Both the position numbers and the translations under genes were made by a program. This document shows, in pieces, positions 1-10,335 of a DNA stretch of 64,000 nt. Numbering within the stretch: the stretch's first letter is position 1; the number at the start of each line of letters is the position of its first letter. Location: positions 3,729 through 67,728 of the forward strand of contig JAADDR010000096.1 of NCBI GenBank assembly GCA_013153865.1, given 5' to 3'. The notes beneath the pieces are model-generated. The model searched no databases. It saw only the letters and a program-made list of their open reading frames with translations, and had not been told where the DNA came from. This DNA comes from Chlorobiota bacterium (lineage in GTDB: Bacteria > Bacteroidota > Bacteroidia > Bacteroidales > JAADGE01).

Positions 1-1115
1 TGCTCGTAGAAGAATGGGGAGGAAAATACCAATCAGTTGACATATCGGCAAAAAAAGGACAAAACGTAGATGTATTACTCGACGAAATACTGCTTGCCGC
101 AGAAATACTCGAACTGAAAGCCAACCCTAACCGCCCCGCTAAAGGAACAGTAATAGAAGCCGAACTCGACAAAGGAAGAGGATACCTCTCTACGGTACTG
201 GTTGCAACCGGAACACTAAAAGTAGGAAACATAGTCCTCGCAGGTGCTCATTCCGGAAAAGTAAAAGCAATGTTCGACGAAAGAAACAACAGAGTTAAAG
301 AAGCAGGACCTTCAACACCGGTACAAATACTCGGACTCGACGGAGCACCGCATGCGGGAGAAAGCTTCTATGTCATGAAAAATGAAAAAGAAGCTCGAGA
401 AATAGCCGACAAAAACAAACGTCTGCAAAGAGAACAAACTCTCAGAACACACAAACACATTACACTCGACGAAATAGGACGACGACTGCAACTCGGAAAC
501 TTCAAACAAATAAACGTAATAATAAAAGGCGACGTTATCGGCTCGGTCGAAGCCGTAGCAGACTCGCTTATCAAACTCAGCACCGACGAAATACAAGTAA
601 ACGTTATACACAAAGGCGTAGGACAAATTTCCGAAGCAGACATAATGCTTGCCGCCGCATCCGACGCAATCGTTATCGGATTCCAAGTAAGACCGTCATT
701 GCCGGCAAAAAAACTCGCCGAAAAAGAAGAAATAGACATAAGACTATACTCTATAATATACCAAGCTATCGAAGAACTCAAATCCGCAATGGAAGGAATG
801 CTTTCACCGGAAATAAAAGAAGAAATCACGGCAACGGTAGAAATCAAAGAAGTATTCAAAATATCCAAAGTAGGTAAAGTTGCCGGATGCTTTGTCCTCG
901 ACGGCAAAATAAGCAGAGACGACAAAGTCAGATTAATACGCGACGGAATCGTAAAATACGACGGAGAACTCGGATCTTTAAAAAGATACAAAGACGACGT
1001 AAAAGAAGTTCCGGCAGGAATGGAATGCGGACTTAACATCGAAAACTTCAACGACATTAAAGTCGGAGACATAATTGAAGCATACAGAGAAACCGAAACA
1101 GTAAGAAAACTTTAA
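1..1115 (+). CDS. infB: Translation initiation factor IF-2, C-terminal part (5' end outside window; codon phase starts at nt 3)
   Basis: Frame 3 is open from the window edge. The translation [23 protein letters not shown]...[12 protein letters not shown]...[39 protein letters not shown]...[13 protein letters not shown] is typical of IF-2 domains after the G domain. Confidence 0.95.
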   Translation, partial: LVEEWGGKYQSVDISAKKGQNVDVLLDEILLAAEILELKANPNRPAKGTVIEAELDKGRGYLSTVLVATGTLKVGNIVLAGAHSGKVKAMFDERNNRVKEAGPSTPVQILGLDGAPHAGESFYVMKNEKEAREIADKNKRLQREQTLRTHKHITLDEIGRRLQLGNFKQINVIIKGDVIGSVEAVADSLIKLSTDEIQVNVIHKGVGQISEADIMLAAASDAIVIGFQVRPSLPAKKLAEKEEIDIRLYSIIYQAIEELKSAMEGMLSPEIKEEITATVEIKEVFKISKVGKVAGCFVLDGKISRDDKVRLIRDGIVKYDGELGSLKRYKDDVKEVPAGMECGLNIENFNDIKVGDIIEAYRETETVRKL

Positions 1116-1136
1116 TAAAATATTTTTTGATACATT

Positions 1137-1168
1137 AAATGCTCTGTATCTTTGCAGAGCATTTTTTT
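1137..1168 (+). terminator. Rho-independent terminator after infB
   Basis: Perfect 10-bp stem aaatgctctg (1137-1146) / cagagcattt (1155-1164), 8-nt loop, followed by a T7 run. Confidence 0.7.
1147..1154 (+). promoter_or_regulatory. Bacteroidota-type -7 promoter box (TAnnTTTG) for hisS, lying in the terminator loop
   Basis: tatctttg lies 38 nt upstream of the hisS ATG. The same motif recurs upstream of many genes in this window. Confidence 0.4.
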
Positions 1169-1191
1169 CACATAAAAAAAATTAAAAAAAC

Positions 1192-2556
1192 ATGGCAGAA
1201 TCACCTTCAATACCTAAAGGTACCAGAGACTTCTCACCGGAAATATCATCAAAACGAAACTACATATTCGACACCGTAAAATCAGTATTTAAAAAATTTG
1301 CTTACAAACAAATAGAAACTCCGGCAATGGAAAACCTTTCCACACTTACCGGAAAATACGGAGAAGAAGGTGACAAACTGCTGTTCAAAATACTCAACTC
1401 GGGAGACTTCCTTAAAAAAATAAGCAACGAAGAACTCGCCTTACGAAACATAAAATCACTAACAACAAAAATATCCGAAAAAGGACTGCGGTACGACCTT
1501 ACCGTACCACTCGCACGATACGTCGTTCAGCACCGAAACGAAATAACCTTTCCCTTCAAACGATTCCAAATACAACCCGTTTGGCGTGCCGACAAACCGC
1601 AAAAAGGAAGATACAGAGAATTTTACCAATGCGATGCGGACATTATCGGAAGCAACTCAATACTGAACGAACTCGAAATAGTACAAATGATTGACGAAGT
1701 ATTTACAAAACTCAATCTAAAAGTTACAATAAAAATAAACAACCGTAAACTGCTCGCCGGAATTGCAGAACGAATAGGATACCCCGAAAAACTCACGCAA
1801 ATGACCGTTGCAATAGATAAACTCGACAAAATCGGACACGAAAAAGTTTACGAAGAACTGCAAAAATCCGGATTCTCCGAAAACTCGCTCAAACTGCTGG
1901 AACCGATTTTAAACATCTCAGGAAACTTCGACGACCAAATGCAATGCATAGAAAAATTCCTCGGAGAAACAGAATCAGGCACCGCGGGAACTGACGAAAT
2001 ACAACAACTCTTTAATTACCTGAACATCTTTAAATTCAACAACAAAATAGAACTCGACATAAAACTCGCCAGAGGACTTAACTACTACACAGGAGCAATA
2101 TTCGAAGTCGTATCCGACGAAATAAAAATAGGAAGCATATGCGGAGGAGGAAGATACGACGACCTAACCGGCATTTTCGGACTGAAAAATGTCTCGGGCG
2201 TGGGAATATCATTCGGTGCCGACAGAATTTACGACGTCCTCGAAACACTAAACAAATTTCCCGAAACAATTACCGAAACAGTTAAAATTATGTTCGTTAA
2301 TTTCGGAAAAAAAGAAGAAAAATACTGCCTCCCGCTACTGAAAAAACTAAGAAACAAAGAAATACCCGCCGAAATATTTCCCGACAACGCAAAAATGAAA
2401 AAACAAATGAAATACGCCGACGCAAATAACATCCCGTTCGTTGCAATGGCCGGAGAAAACGAAATATCGCAAAACAAATTTACGATTAAAAACATGAACA
2501 CCGGAGAACAACAACTCGTTACGGAAGAAGAACTTATCAATATCATCTCAAAATAA
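1192..2556 (+). CDS. hisS: Histidine--tRNA ligase
   Basis: 454 aa. Class II HisRS motifs: [68 protein letters not shown]. Confidence 0.95.
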   Translation: MAESPSIPKGTRDFSPEISSKRNYIFDTVKSVFKKFAYKQIETPAMENLSTLTGKYGEEGDKLLFKILNSGDFLKKISNEELALRNIKSLTTKISEKGLRYDLTVPLARYVVQHRNEITFPFKRFQIQPVWRADKPQKGRYREFYQCDADIIGSNSILNELEIVQMIDEVFTKLNLKVTIKINNRKLLAGIAERIGYPEKLTQMTVAIDKLDKIGHEKVYEELQKSGFSENSLKLLEPILNISGNFDDQMQCIEKFLGETESGTAGTDEIQQLFNYLNIFKFNNKIELDIKLARGLNYYTGAIFEVVSDEIKIGSICGGGRYDDLTGIFGLKNVSGVGISFGADRIYDVLETLNKFPETITETVKIMFVNFGKKEEKYCLPLLKKLRNKEIPAEIFPDNAKMKKQMKYADANNIPFVAMAGENEISQNKFTIKNMNTGEQQLVTEEELINIISK

Positions 2557-2583
2557 AAAAAGAACAGGCAAAAAACCTGTTCT
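2554..2583. terminator. Hairpin between convergent hisS and tRNA-Cys (T-run only on the minus-strand side)
   Basis: Stem agaacagg (2561-2568) / cctgttct (2576-2583). The A7 run at 2554-2560 becomes a U-run for the minus-strand tRNA transcript. Confidence 0.55.
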
Positions 2584-2593
2584 TACACCGCAG

Positions 2594-2665
2594 AGGTCGC
2601 GAGCGGATTCGAACCGCTGTACACGGTTTTGCAGACCGTTGCCTAAGCCACTCGGCCACGCGACC
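2594..2665 (-). tRNA. tRNA-Cys (GCA)
   Basis: The reverse complement folds as a cloverleaf: acceptor GGTCGCG/CGCGACC, anticodon arm ACGGT-CTGCAAA-ACCGT (anticodon GCA), T arm AGCGG-TTCGAAT-CCGCT, discriminator U. CCA is not encoded. Confidence 0.9.
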
Positions 2666-2717
2666 CTAACTTAAGAATGCGCAAAGATATCGTTTTTCCG
2701 GATTATAAAAAAATTTT

Positions 2718-3146
2718 TCATTTTTTTTTCCATATCAATTTCTTCCCGAAACCCAAACGATTATCAGTCATCTTTATAAAATCGGGCTCCAAAACCCAAA
2801 GCCGTATATTCATTAATCTTGCAAAAGGATACCTTTCCAAATACAATCGCTCGATTTCCTTTTTAATATCCCCTTCCGGAACATACATCCTGCCCGTAAA
2901 CTGAATACCCCTTATCTTACCCGAAACAGAAGTCTCCAAAACAACCGTTCCCGCAACCCGGTCATTAATCTTTACATCCCCGACATGCTTGGTACCCTCA
3001 TCCGACGAAAAAACAAAAACATTAAACCTATCCGAATACACATAAAAACAACTCGCACAATACGGAACATTATCCCTCGAAGTCGCCAAAGTAAGAACAT
3101 GATGCTCATTTATAAAATCCTTTATCCTTTCGGGAATATTTTTCAT
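2718..3146 (-). CDS. Pyridoxamine 5'-phosphate oxidase-like FMN-binding protein (YhbP/UPF0306-like)
   Basis: 142 aa. INEHHVLTLATSRDNVPYCASCFYVY...GIQFTG resembles the split-barrel PNPOx-like family. Recognised from memory only. Confidence 0.55.
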   Translation of the reverse strand: MKNIPERIKDFINEHHVLTLATSRDNVPYCASCFYVYSDRFNVFVFSSDEGTKHVGDVKINDRVAGTVVLETSVSGKIRGIQFTGRMYVPEGDIKKEIERLYLERYPFARLMNIRLWVLEPDFIKMTDNRLGFGKKLIWKKK

Positions 3147-3261
3147 ATAATTATAAAAATACTAATTTGCGTTAATAATAATTAATTTCTTATTTTCGTA
3201 ATATTAATACATCTCTGTCTGAAAATGCAACTATACGAATATTTTTTTATCTGTTAAAATT

Positions 3262-4023
3262 ATGAAGAAAAATATATTTATAACCGGCATCATAATTATT
3301 TCCGTAATATTTATTTCCGGAAATAAAACACTCATTAACAAAAACGAATTTAAATATAAAATAAACGACTCAGCGGAAATAACAATAAAAGAAAACTTCT
3401 CCGAAAAAACACAAATCCCATGCTATTACTCAAATATGATTATTCCCGCATGCAATACGGGCGAATGCAAACTTATACACATAACAATATATTGGGATGC
3501 TTTCGGAAACTATCTGAAATATGCCGTACCCTCAAAAACACCCCTTACAAAATACAATCACAAAAAATTTAAAAAAAGCGAATACGTTAAACTTCACAAA
3601 ATTCTCAACGACCCGAAATCAAAATACAAAAACTTCACAATCGATAAACTGACCGAAAAACAAGCACAAAACAAATACAAAACCGACGGAAACACCGGAG
3701 CAACATTAAAACTGTTTTACGATGCGGAAAGAATAAAAGGTGCGGTAAAAACAACCCACACGCTGTGGCATGTCGTTAACGGAAACATAAACGAAATACT
3801 CAAAAACAAAACAAAAAAACAACACCCCGAATTACTCGCAAAAACAAACATATTTGACACAAAACCCGACAAACAAACCCTGAAAAAACTTGAAAATAAA
3901 ATATCCGAAAACAATCCGGACAGCTCAATTCTTATATGCAACTACTTCTTAAAAAACAATATCAAATCCGGCAAAGCAAACAAATTTTTAAAACAATTTA
4001 ACTTCATACAAAAACAAAAATAA
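3262..4023 (+). CDS. Hypothetical membrane-anchored or secreted protein
   Basis: 253 aa with an N-terminal hydrophobic segment (IFITGIIIISVIFISG). Its stop overlaps the start of the next gene (TAATG). No family recognised. Confidence 0.6.
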   Translation: MKKNIFITGIIIISVIFISGNKTLINKNEFKYKINDSAEITIKENFSEKTQIPCYYSNMIIPACNTGECKLIHITIYWDAFGNYLKYAVPSKTPLTKYNHKKFKKSEYVKLHKILNDPKSKYKNFTIDKLTEKQAQNKYKTDGNTGATLKLFYDAERIKGAVKTTHTLWHVVNGNINEILKNKTKKQHPELLAKTNIFDTKPDKQTLKKLENKISENNPDSSILICNYFLKNNIKSGKANKFLKQFNFIQKQK

Positions 4024-5975
4024 TGAAAACACTGAATATCATAATTGCCGTCTTACTAACCCTGAACATAACGGCACAAAACAAAACACAACCCTCATAC
4101 CTCTGCTCCGAAAGCAAAAAAAACTTATTCAAAAAAATCTCCGCATTAAACCAAACAAAATACAAAACGGAAACCGACTTCGCTTACGACGTAAAACACT
4201 ACAAACTGAACCTGCTTTTCGAAGACATAAACAACAAATACATACAAGGAGAAATAACATGCACTTTCGAAACTAAAATCGATAACTTTAATCAAATAGC
4301 ATTTGATTTATCGGACTATCTAACCGTAGATTCGGTTATTTTCCGGCAAAACAAACTCACAAATTACACCCTTGCGGACAACGAACTTATAATTAACCTG
4401 GAAACCGACATCCCCGTAAACACAATCGATTCTGTTTCAATTTTCTATCAAGGAATACCTAACGCTCAAAATTCCGACTCTTTCAAACAAACAACACACA
4501 ACGGCGTACCCGTAATATGGTCATTATCCGAACCTTACGGAGCAAGAGACTGGTGGCCCTGCAAACAAAGCTTATACGACAAAGCCGACTCAGTCGATAT
4601 ATACATTACAAACCCCGAAGAATACAAAGCTGCAAGTAACGGACTGCTTATTTCCGAAACAACTTCAAACGGTATGAAAACGGCTCACTGGAAACACAGG
4701 CATCCTATCGACACATACCTGATTGCCGTAGCGGTAACAAACTACGCCGTATATTCCGATTACGTAACACTCTCTAACGGAGAAACATTAGAAGTATTAA
4801 ACTACGTTTACCCCGAAAATCTCACATACGCACAAGAAAACACACCTAACGTCCTGGACGTATTACAACTCTACGGAGAACTTTTTATTCCTTATCCGTA
4901 TGTCGACGAAAAATACGGACATGCACAATTCAGTTGGGGAGGAGGAATGGAACACCAAACAATGACATTTTTGGTCGCATTCTCGCATATGCTTATGGCT
5001 CACGAAGCGGCACATCAATGGTTCGGAGATTATGTTACATGCAAAAGCTGGCACGATATATGGCTTAACGAAGGTTTCGCTACATACCTCGACGGTATGA
5101 CCCACGAACACAACCTCAACGACGACAACATAAGTTTTAACGAATGGAAACTGGATAATATAAACGACATAGTAACACTGCCGAACGGATCGGTATATGT
5201 TACCGACACAACATATGCGGAAAACATTTTCAATTACAGACTATCATACCAAAAAGGGGCAATGGTTCTGCACATGCTGAGAAAAAAAATCGGCGACGAC
5301 GCTTTCTTCGGAGGCATTAAAAATTATCTCAACGACCCGAACATAGCAAACGGATGCGCAACAACCGCCGATTTGCAATATCACCTCGAACAAACATGCG
5401 GATGCTCTTTGCAAGAATTTCTAAACGACTGGTATTACGGAGAAGGATACCCCTCCTATCAAATTTACTATTCGCAAAACGAAGACAAAAACGTAACTCT
5501 TACAATAAACCAATCCCAATCACATCCGTCGGTTGACTTCTTCGAAATGACCGTACCGGTTAAATTCGAAGGAATCGAAAAAGACACCGTAATTTGGTTT
5601 AATAACACTTACAACGGGCAACAATTCAACTTCAACATCGATTTTCAAATAACATCGGCGATATTCGACCCCGAACACGATATTATCTCATCTCAATCAA
5701 CAATATCCGAAATAGATACATTCAACAAATCAAACAAAATAACACTAAGTCCAAACCCCGCAACAAACAAAATTACAATAACGTTTAAAGAAAAAATAAT
5801 TCCCGATAAAGTAATAATATTCAACAGCAACGGCAAACAAATAACAGAATTTAACCCCGGAAAATACGCCTCGTATAAATTCGAATACAACATAAGCAAA
5901 CTCCCTCCGGGCATTTATTACATAACATTTTATGCGGACAGCGACGAACTTACCGAAAAATTCATTAAAATTTGA
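4023..5975 (+). CDS. M1-family zinc aminopeptidase with T9SS C-terminal sorting domain
   Basis: 650 aa. Signal peptide, GGGMEH (GAMEN-like), HEAAHQWFGD...WLNEGFATY (HExxH-18-E). The C-terminal about 80 aa (ITLSPNPATNKITITF...GIYYITFYADSDELTEKFIKI) resembles a Por secretion tail. Confidence 0.85.
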   Translation: MKTLNIIIAVLLTLNITAQNKTQPSYLCSESKKNLFKKISALNQTKYKTETDFAYDVKHYKLNLLFEDINNKYIQGEITCTFETKIDNFNQIAFDLSDYLTVDSVIFRQNKLTNYTLADNELIINLETDIPVNTIDSVSIFYQGIPNAQNSDSFKQTTHNGVPVIWSLSEPYGARDWWPCKQSLYDKADSVDIYITNPEEYKAASNGLLISETTSNGMKTAHWKHRHPIDTYLIAVAVTNYAVYSDYVTLSNGETLEVLNYVYPENLTYAQENTPNVLDVLQLYGELFIPYPYVDEKYGHAQFSWGGGMEHQTMTFLVAFSHMLMAHEAAHQWFGDYVTCKSWHDIWLNEGFATYLDGMTHEHNLNDDNISFNEWKLDNINDIVTLPNGSVYVTDTTYAENIFNYRLSYQKGAMVLHMLRKKIGDDAFFGGIKNYLNDPNIANGCATTADLQYHLEQTCGCSLQEFLNDWYYGEGYPSYQIYYSQNEDKNVTLTINQSQSHPSVDFFEMTVPVKFEGIEKDTVIWFNNTYNGQQFNFNIDFQITSAIFDPEHDIISSQSTISEIDTFNKSNKITLSPNPATNKITITFKEKIIPDKVIIFNSNGKQITEFNPGKYASYKFEYNISKLPPGIYYITFYADSDELTEKFIKI

Positions 5976-5996
5976 TTTTTACCCGGTATTAAATTA

Positions 5997-6004
5997 TATC
6001 TTTG
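5997..6004 (+). promoter_or_regulatory. TAnnTTTG -7 box upstream of ribE
   Basis: tatctttg lies 26 nt upstream of the ATG at 6030. Confidence 0.4.
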
Positions 6005-6029
6005 CGCTCAAATTTGAAAATAAAATAAA

Positions 6030-6626
6030 ATGTTCTCGGGAATAATAGAAGAAACAGGAATTGTTAAAAACATTAAAAAAGACGGAGGAAACGTGCACTT
6101 TACGCTTACATGCGGTTTCGTGAACGAACTGAAACCCGACCAAAGTCTTTCGCACAACGGAGTTTGTCTTACCGTTACCGAAGTTAAAAACAACACGTAC
6201 ACTGTTACCGCCGTACAAGAAACACTCCTTAAATCAAACCTCGGATTACTGAAAATCGGAGACAAAGTAAACCTGGAACGAAGCATGAAACCCGACAGTC
6301 TGCTCGACGGGCACATAGTTCAGGGACATGTCGACCAAACAGCGGTATGCACAAACATAGAAGAAGCCGACGGAAGCAAATACTATACTTTCGAATACGA
6401 ACCCGTAAACGATAATATTACGGTCGAAAAAGGATCAATATCGGTAAACGGCGTAAGTCTTACCGTCGTTAACTCAAAAGAAAACTCTTTTCAGGTGGCA
6501 ATTATTCCGTTTACATACGAACTTACAAACTTTCACGAAATAAAAAAAGGAAGCATCGTTAACCTTGAGTTTGACATTATAGGAAAATATATAACCAAAA
6601 TAGTCAAACAATATATGAATAAATAA
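6030..6626 (+). CDS. ribE: Riboflavin synthase (alpha chain)
   Basis: 198 aa. MFSGIIEETG...SLSHNGVCLTV...GSISVNGVSLTV is the duplicated lumazine-binding repeat. Confidence 0.92.
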   Translation: MFSGIIEETGIVKNIKKDGGNVHFTLTCGFVNELKPDQSLSHNGVCLTVTEVKNNTYTVTAVQETLLKSNLGLLKIGDKVNLERSMKPDSLLDGHIVQGHVDQTAVCTNIEEADGSKYYTFEYEPVNDNITVEKGSISVNGVSLTVVNSKENSFQVAIIPFTYELTNFHEIKKGSIVNLEFDIIGKYITKIVKQYMNK

Positions 6627-6658
6627 ACGGTATTAATCAACATTTTAAAACCCGCACA

Positions 6659-6790
6659 CCGTAGAGTAGAGACGCCTTGCGGGCGTCTTTTTTTTTGCAG
6701 GGCGTCTCTGTTTTGCGCACCTCTCTCTTTCATTCCGAGACAGCCGCAACATGTCTGTTTTGACAAGACAGCCGCAAGCTGTCTCTACGG
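6659..6790. repeat. Cluster of GAGAC...GTCTC palindromic stem-loops (REP-like intergenic element) bounded by ccgtagag / ctctacgg
   Basis: Copies: agacgcc-ttgcg-ggcgtct (6670-6688), a half copy cagggcgtctctg (6698-6710), gagacagccgcaacatgtctg (6737-6757) and agacagc-cgcaa-gctgtct (6766-6784). Outer inverted repeat: 6659-6666 versus 6783-6790. Confidence 0.6.
6670..6696 (+). terminator. Rho-independent terminator after ribE (first palindrome of the repeat cluster)
   Basis: 7-bp GC-rich stem agacgcc/ggcgtct, 5-nt loop, then a T9 run. Confidence 0.65.
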
Positions 6791-7975
6791 TTATTTTTTT
6801 ATCGCGGCAATACCGGGCAATTCTTTACCCTCCAAAAATTCCAGCATCGCACCGCCTCCGGTAGATACGTAACTCACTTTATCTTCCAATTTGTATTTTT
6901 TAACGGCGGCAACCGAATCTCCGCCTCCCACAAGGGTATAAGCCCCTTGCGAAGTTGCTTCGGCAAGCGCTTCGGCAATTTTAAGAGTGCCGCGCGAAAA
7001 TTTTTCCATTTCAAAAACTCCGGCAGGACCGTTCCACAAAACAGTTTTCGATTTCTTTATAATCTCCGAAAATAAAATTATTGTTTTGCTTCCTATATCA
7101 AGCCCCGTCCACCCGTCTTTTATTTCGTCAACAGCGGTTTCTTCGGTATTCGCATCTTCCGAAAATTTATCGGCATTAAGACTGTCAACCGGCAACACCA
7201 AATTAACGCCCTTTGCTTTTGCCTTATTCATAAGGTCTTTTGCCATGTCAAGATAATCGTCTTCAACCAAAGAATTACCGATTTTACCTCCGCGCGCTTT
7301 TATAAAAGTATAAGTCATGCCTCCGGCAATTATCAAATTATCGACCTTATCGAGCATTTTTTCAATAACCGTTATTTTAGACGATACTTTTGCTCCGCCG
7401 AGAATTGCCGTAAACGGTTTTTCGTAATCGTTCAATACTTTTTGCAAACTTTTAAGCTCGTTTTCCATCAAATATCCGAACATTTTATCGTCGGGGAAAA
7501 AATCCGCAATAACGGCAGTCGAGGCGTGTGCTCTGTGAGCCGTTCCGAAAGCGTCGTTTACATAAACATCGGCAAGTTCTGACAACTGCTTTGCAAAATC
7601 TCTGTCGCCTTTCTTTTCTTCCGGATAATAACGTAAATTTTCGAGCAAAAGCACATCGCCGTTTTTCATTCCGGCAACTTTCTCTTTAACTTTTTCGCCT
7701 ATGCAGTCGTCAACAAACATAACATCTTTTCCTAAAAGTTTAGAAAGTTCCGGGACAACATGCTTTAACGAAAATTTTTCTTCTTTGCCTTTCGGTCTTC
7801 CGAGATGCGACATTAAAATAACGGCACCTTGCGAAGCAATTTTTTTAATCGTAGGCAATGCCGCAACAATACGCGTATTATCCGTAACTTCAAAAGCATC
7901 GTTTAAAGGCACGTTAAAATCAACCCTTACAATTGCTTTCTTATCTTTAAAATTGTATGTTTCAATATTTTGCAT
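6791..7975 (-). CDS. pgk: Phosphoglycerate kinase
   Basis: 394 aa. [54 protein letters not shown]. Confidence 0.96.
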   Translation of the reverse strand: MQNIETYNFKDKKAIVRVDFNVPLNDAFEVTDNTRIVAALPTIKKIASQGAVILMSHLGRPKGKEEKFSLKHVVPELSKLLGKDVMFVDDCIGEKVKEKVAGMKNGDVLLLENLRYYPEEKKGDRDFAKQLSELADVYVNDAFGTAHRAHASTAVIADFFPDDKMFGYLMENELKSLQKVLNDYEKPFTAILGGAKVSSKITVIEKMLDKVDNLIIAGGMTYTFIKARGGKIGNSLVEDDYLDMAKDLMNKAKAKGVNLVLPVDSLNADKFSEDANTEETAVDEIKDGWTGLDIGSKTIILFSEIIKKSKTVLWNGPAGVFEMEKFSRGTLKIAEALAEATSQGAYTLVGGGDSVAAVKKYKLEDKVSYVSTGGGAMLEFLEGKELPGIAAIKK

Positions 7976-7992
7976 AATATAATAATTTTGTT

Positions 7993-8628
7993 TTATCCTA
8001 TTTTTTCCATTAATCCGGGAAAATGATTCGAAATCGATTCGGCTAAATTAGACATAAACAATTTAATTGCAATGGAAAGCAAAATAATTCCGAATATCTT
8101 CCTCAATATTGTAATACCGGTTTGTCCCAAAAAGTTTTCGATATATTTAGTTGATTTCAATACCGCAAAAACAACAAGCATATTTAAAAACAGAGCAATC
8201 ATTATATTCAGATAAGAATATTCCGAACGCAACGACAATAAAGTTGTTATGCTTCCGGCACCGGCAATAATCGGAAATGCGAGCGGTACAATTGATGCGC
8301 TGTCGGTTTCCGTGTTACCTTTAAAAAGTTCTATTCCCAAAACCATTTCCAAAGCCAGAAAAAATATAATAAACGAACCGGCAATTGCAAAAGATTCTAT
8401 ATCAACCCCGAAAACTTTAAGCAATGCTTCTCCCACAAATAAGAACAAAGTCAATATCAAAAAAGATATTAAAGTAGTCTTTACGGCTTCGATTTTATTA
8501 CCTTTTGATTTTATGTCTATAATCAAAGGTATAGACCCGAAAATATCGATTACGGCAAACAATACCATAAAAACCGATAATACATCAACAATGTTGAATT
8601 CCATAATGTTAATTTTATTTGTCATCAA
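7993..8628 (-). CDS. MarC-family integral membrane protein (UPF0056)
   Basis: 211 aa with about 6 predicted TM helices. [14 protein letters not shown] and [14 protein letters not shown] are typical of MarC. The true start may be the internal Met at 8604. Confidence 0.75.
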   Translation of the reverse strand: MMTNKINIMEFNIVDVLSVFMVLFAVIDIFGSIPLIIDIKSKGNKIEAVKTTLISFLILTLFLFVGEALLKVFGVDIESFAIAGSFIIFFLALEMVLGIELFKGNTETDSASIVPLAFPIIAGAGSITTLLSLRSEYSYLNIMIALFLNMLVVFAVLKSTKYIENFLGQTGITILRKIFGIILLSIAIKLFMSNLAESISNHFPGLMEKIG

Positions 8629-8866
8629 AGATACGTTTTTTTAAAAAGCGTGCAAAAGTGAAAAAGTTTTTTAATACTGCAAGTTTTTATGCAATATATT
8701 TTTGTTATTTTTTTGTTAAATAACTTTTTTAATGTTCCGGCAAAGATGACATTTATCACTTTCTGCTTTTAAACATCTTCGACCTATACGCAATAATCTC
8801 ATAATCAGCACATTATAAACAACAAAATTATTTACTCAAAAGATATGCGAGATAAATTATTTTACA

Positions 8867-8874
8867 TAATTTTG
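8867..8874 (+). promoter_or_regulatory. TAnnTTTG -7 box upstream of gdhA
   Basis: taattttg lies 30 nt upstream of the ATG at 8904. Confidence 0.4.
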
Positions 8875-8903
8875 CCGCATAATCATTATTTAAATAAACC
8901 GTA

Positions 8904-10244
8904 ATGACAGATAAAATAAATAAATTTATGGAGAGCGTAATTGCTCAAAATCCGGGAGAAAAAGAATTTCACCAAGCCGTAAGAGAAGTTGCGGAAGTGA
9001 TTATCCCTTTTATCGAAGAAAATCCCAAATATGCGGAAGCAAAAATCCTCGAACGCATGGTAGAACCGGAGCGGGTAATTATGTTCAGAGTTCCGTGGCA
9101 GGACGACAAAGGCGAATTTCGTATCAACAAAGGATACAGAATAGAATTTAACAGCGCCATAGGTCCTTACAAAGGCGGACTGCGATTTCACCCCAGCGTT
9201 AATCTAAGTATTTTAAAATTTTTGGGTTTCGAACAAATCCTGAAAAACAGTCTTACCACATTGCCCATGGGCGGAGGTAAAGGCGGCAGCGATTTTAATC
9301 CGAAAGGAAAATCCGATAACGAAATAATGCGTTTCTGTCAAAGTTTTATGACCGAGCTGTTTCGTCATATAGGTCCGAATACCGATGTTCCGGCAGGCGA
9401 TATAGGAGTAGGCGGCAGAGAAATAGGTTATCTTTTCGGACAATACAAGCGCCTGCGAAACGAATTTACCGGAGTATTAACCGGCAAAGGCAGAGAATGG
9501 GGCGGCAGTCTGATGCGTCCGGAAGCAACCGGTTTCGGAAACGTTTATTTTTCTCAAAATATGCTCGCAACAAAAGGCGAAAGTTTTGAAGGAAAAACGG
9601 TGGCAATATCCGGCTTCGGAAACGTGGCATGGGGTGCCGCGACAAAAGCAACGCAACTCGGCGCAAAAGTAGTAACGATATCGGGTCCCGACGGATATGT
9701 TTATGATCCCGACGGTATTTCCGGCGAAAAAATAGATTATATGCTCGAACTTCGTGCAACCAATAATGATGTTGTGCGTCCGTATGCGGAAGAGTTCGGA
9801 GTAGATTTTTTTCCGGGCAAAAAACCGTGGGAGCAAAAAGTTGACATTGCATTGCCTTGCGCAACACAAAACGAATTGAACGGAGAAGATGCACAAAAAC
9901 TTGTTGATAACGGAGTAATTTGCGTAGGAGAAGGTGCAAATATGCCTTGCACGCCCGAAGCGATAGAGATTTTTCATAAAGCAAAGATTTTATTCTCGCC
10001 GGGTAAAGCGTCTAATGCCGGAGGAGTAGCGGTATCGGGTTTGGAAATGAGCCAAAATTCGATGAGATATAATTGGACATCGGAAGAAGTTGACGAAAAA
10101 TTACACCGCATAATGAAAGACATCCACGATGCCTGCGTAAAATACGGAGCTTGTGAAGACGGATATGTAGATTACGTTAAAGGTGCAAACATTGCGGGCT
10201 TCGTAAAAGTTGCCGATGCAATGCTCGCACAAGGATTGGTTTAA
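8904..10244 (+). CDS. gdhA: NADP-specific glutamate dehydrogenase
   Basis: 446 aa. GPYKGGLRFHPSV, LPMGGGKGGSDFNPKG, GDIGVGGREIGY, GFGNVAWGAA. Confidence 0.95.
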   Translation: MTDKINKFMESVIAQNPGEKEFHQAVREVAEVIIPFIEENPKYAEAKILERMVEPERVIMFRVPWQDDKGEFRINKGYRIEFNSAIGPYKGGLRFHPSVNLSILKFLGFEQILKNSLTTLPMGGGKGGSDFNPKGKSDNEIMRFCQSFMTELFRHIGPNTDVPAGDIGVGGREIGYLFGQYKRLRNEFTGVLTGKGREWGGSLMRPEATGFGNVYFSQNMLATKGESFEGKTVAISGFGNVAWGAATKATQLGAKVVTISGPDGYVYDPDGISGEKIDYMLELRATNNDVVRPYAEEFGVDFFPGKKPWEQKVDIALPCATQNELNGEDAQKLVDNGVICVGEGANMPCTPEAIEIFHKAKILFSPGKASNAGGVAVSGLEMSQNSMRYNWTSEEVDEKLHRIMKDIHDACVKYGACEDGYVDYVKGANIAGFVKVADAMLAQGLV

Positions 10245-10267
10245 AGTTTTACGTTTCATATAAGCAG

Positions 10268-10310
10268 AAAAGAGTCGTTCTCGTTAATCGTGAACGGCTC
10301 TTTATTTTTT
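10268..10310. terminator. Bidirectional hairpin terminator between convergent gdhA and nqrF
   Basis: Stem aaagagtcgttc / gaacggctcttt (one G-U pair), 11-nt loop. An A-run precedes it and tttatttttt follows. Confidence 0.6.
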
Positions 10311-10335
10311 GTTCGGATTTAATATTCGAAAAGGG

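Noticed and set aside
368-1072. 234-aa minus-strand ORF (and 312..686) inside infB.
   Set aside because: It lies antisense to a clearly recognisable IF-2 coding frame. Its translation is low-complexity and Ser/Leu/Phe-rich. It is a shadow ORF caused by sense-strand A-richness.
6533-6766. 77-aa minus-strand ORF (MSKQTCCGCLGMKERGAQNRDALQKKRRPQGVST...).
   Set aside because: It reads straight through the GC-rich palindromic repeat cluster and into the 3' end of ribE. This is the typical spurious translation of a REP-like element.
9466-9984. 172-aa and 166-aa minus-strand ORFs inside gdhA.
   Set aside because: They are antisense to a full-length glutamate dehydrogenase frame. Their Arg/Leu-rich translations look like nonsense.
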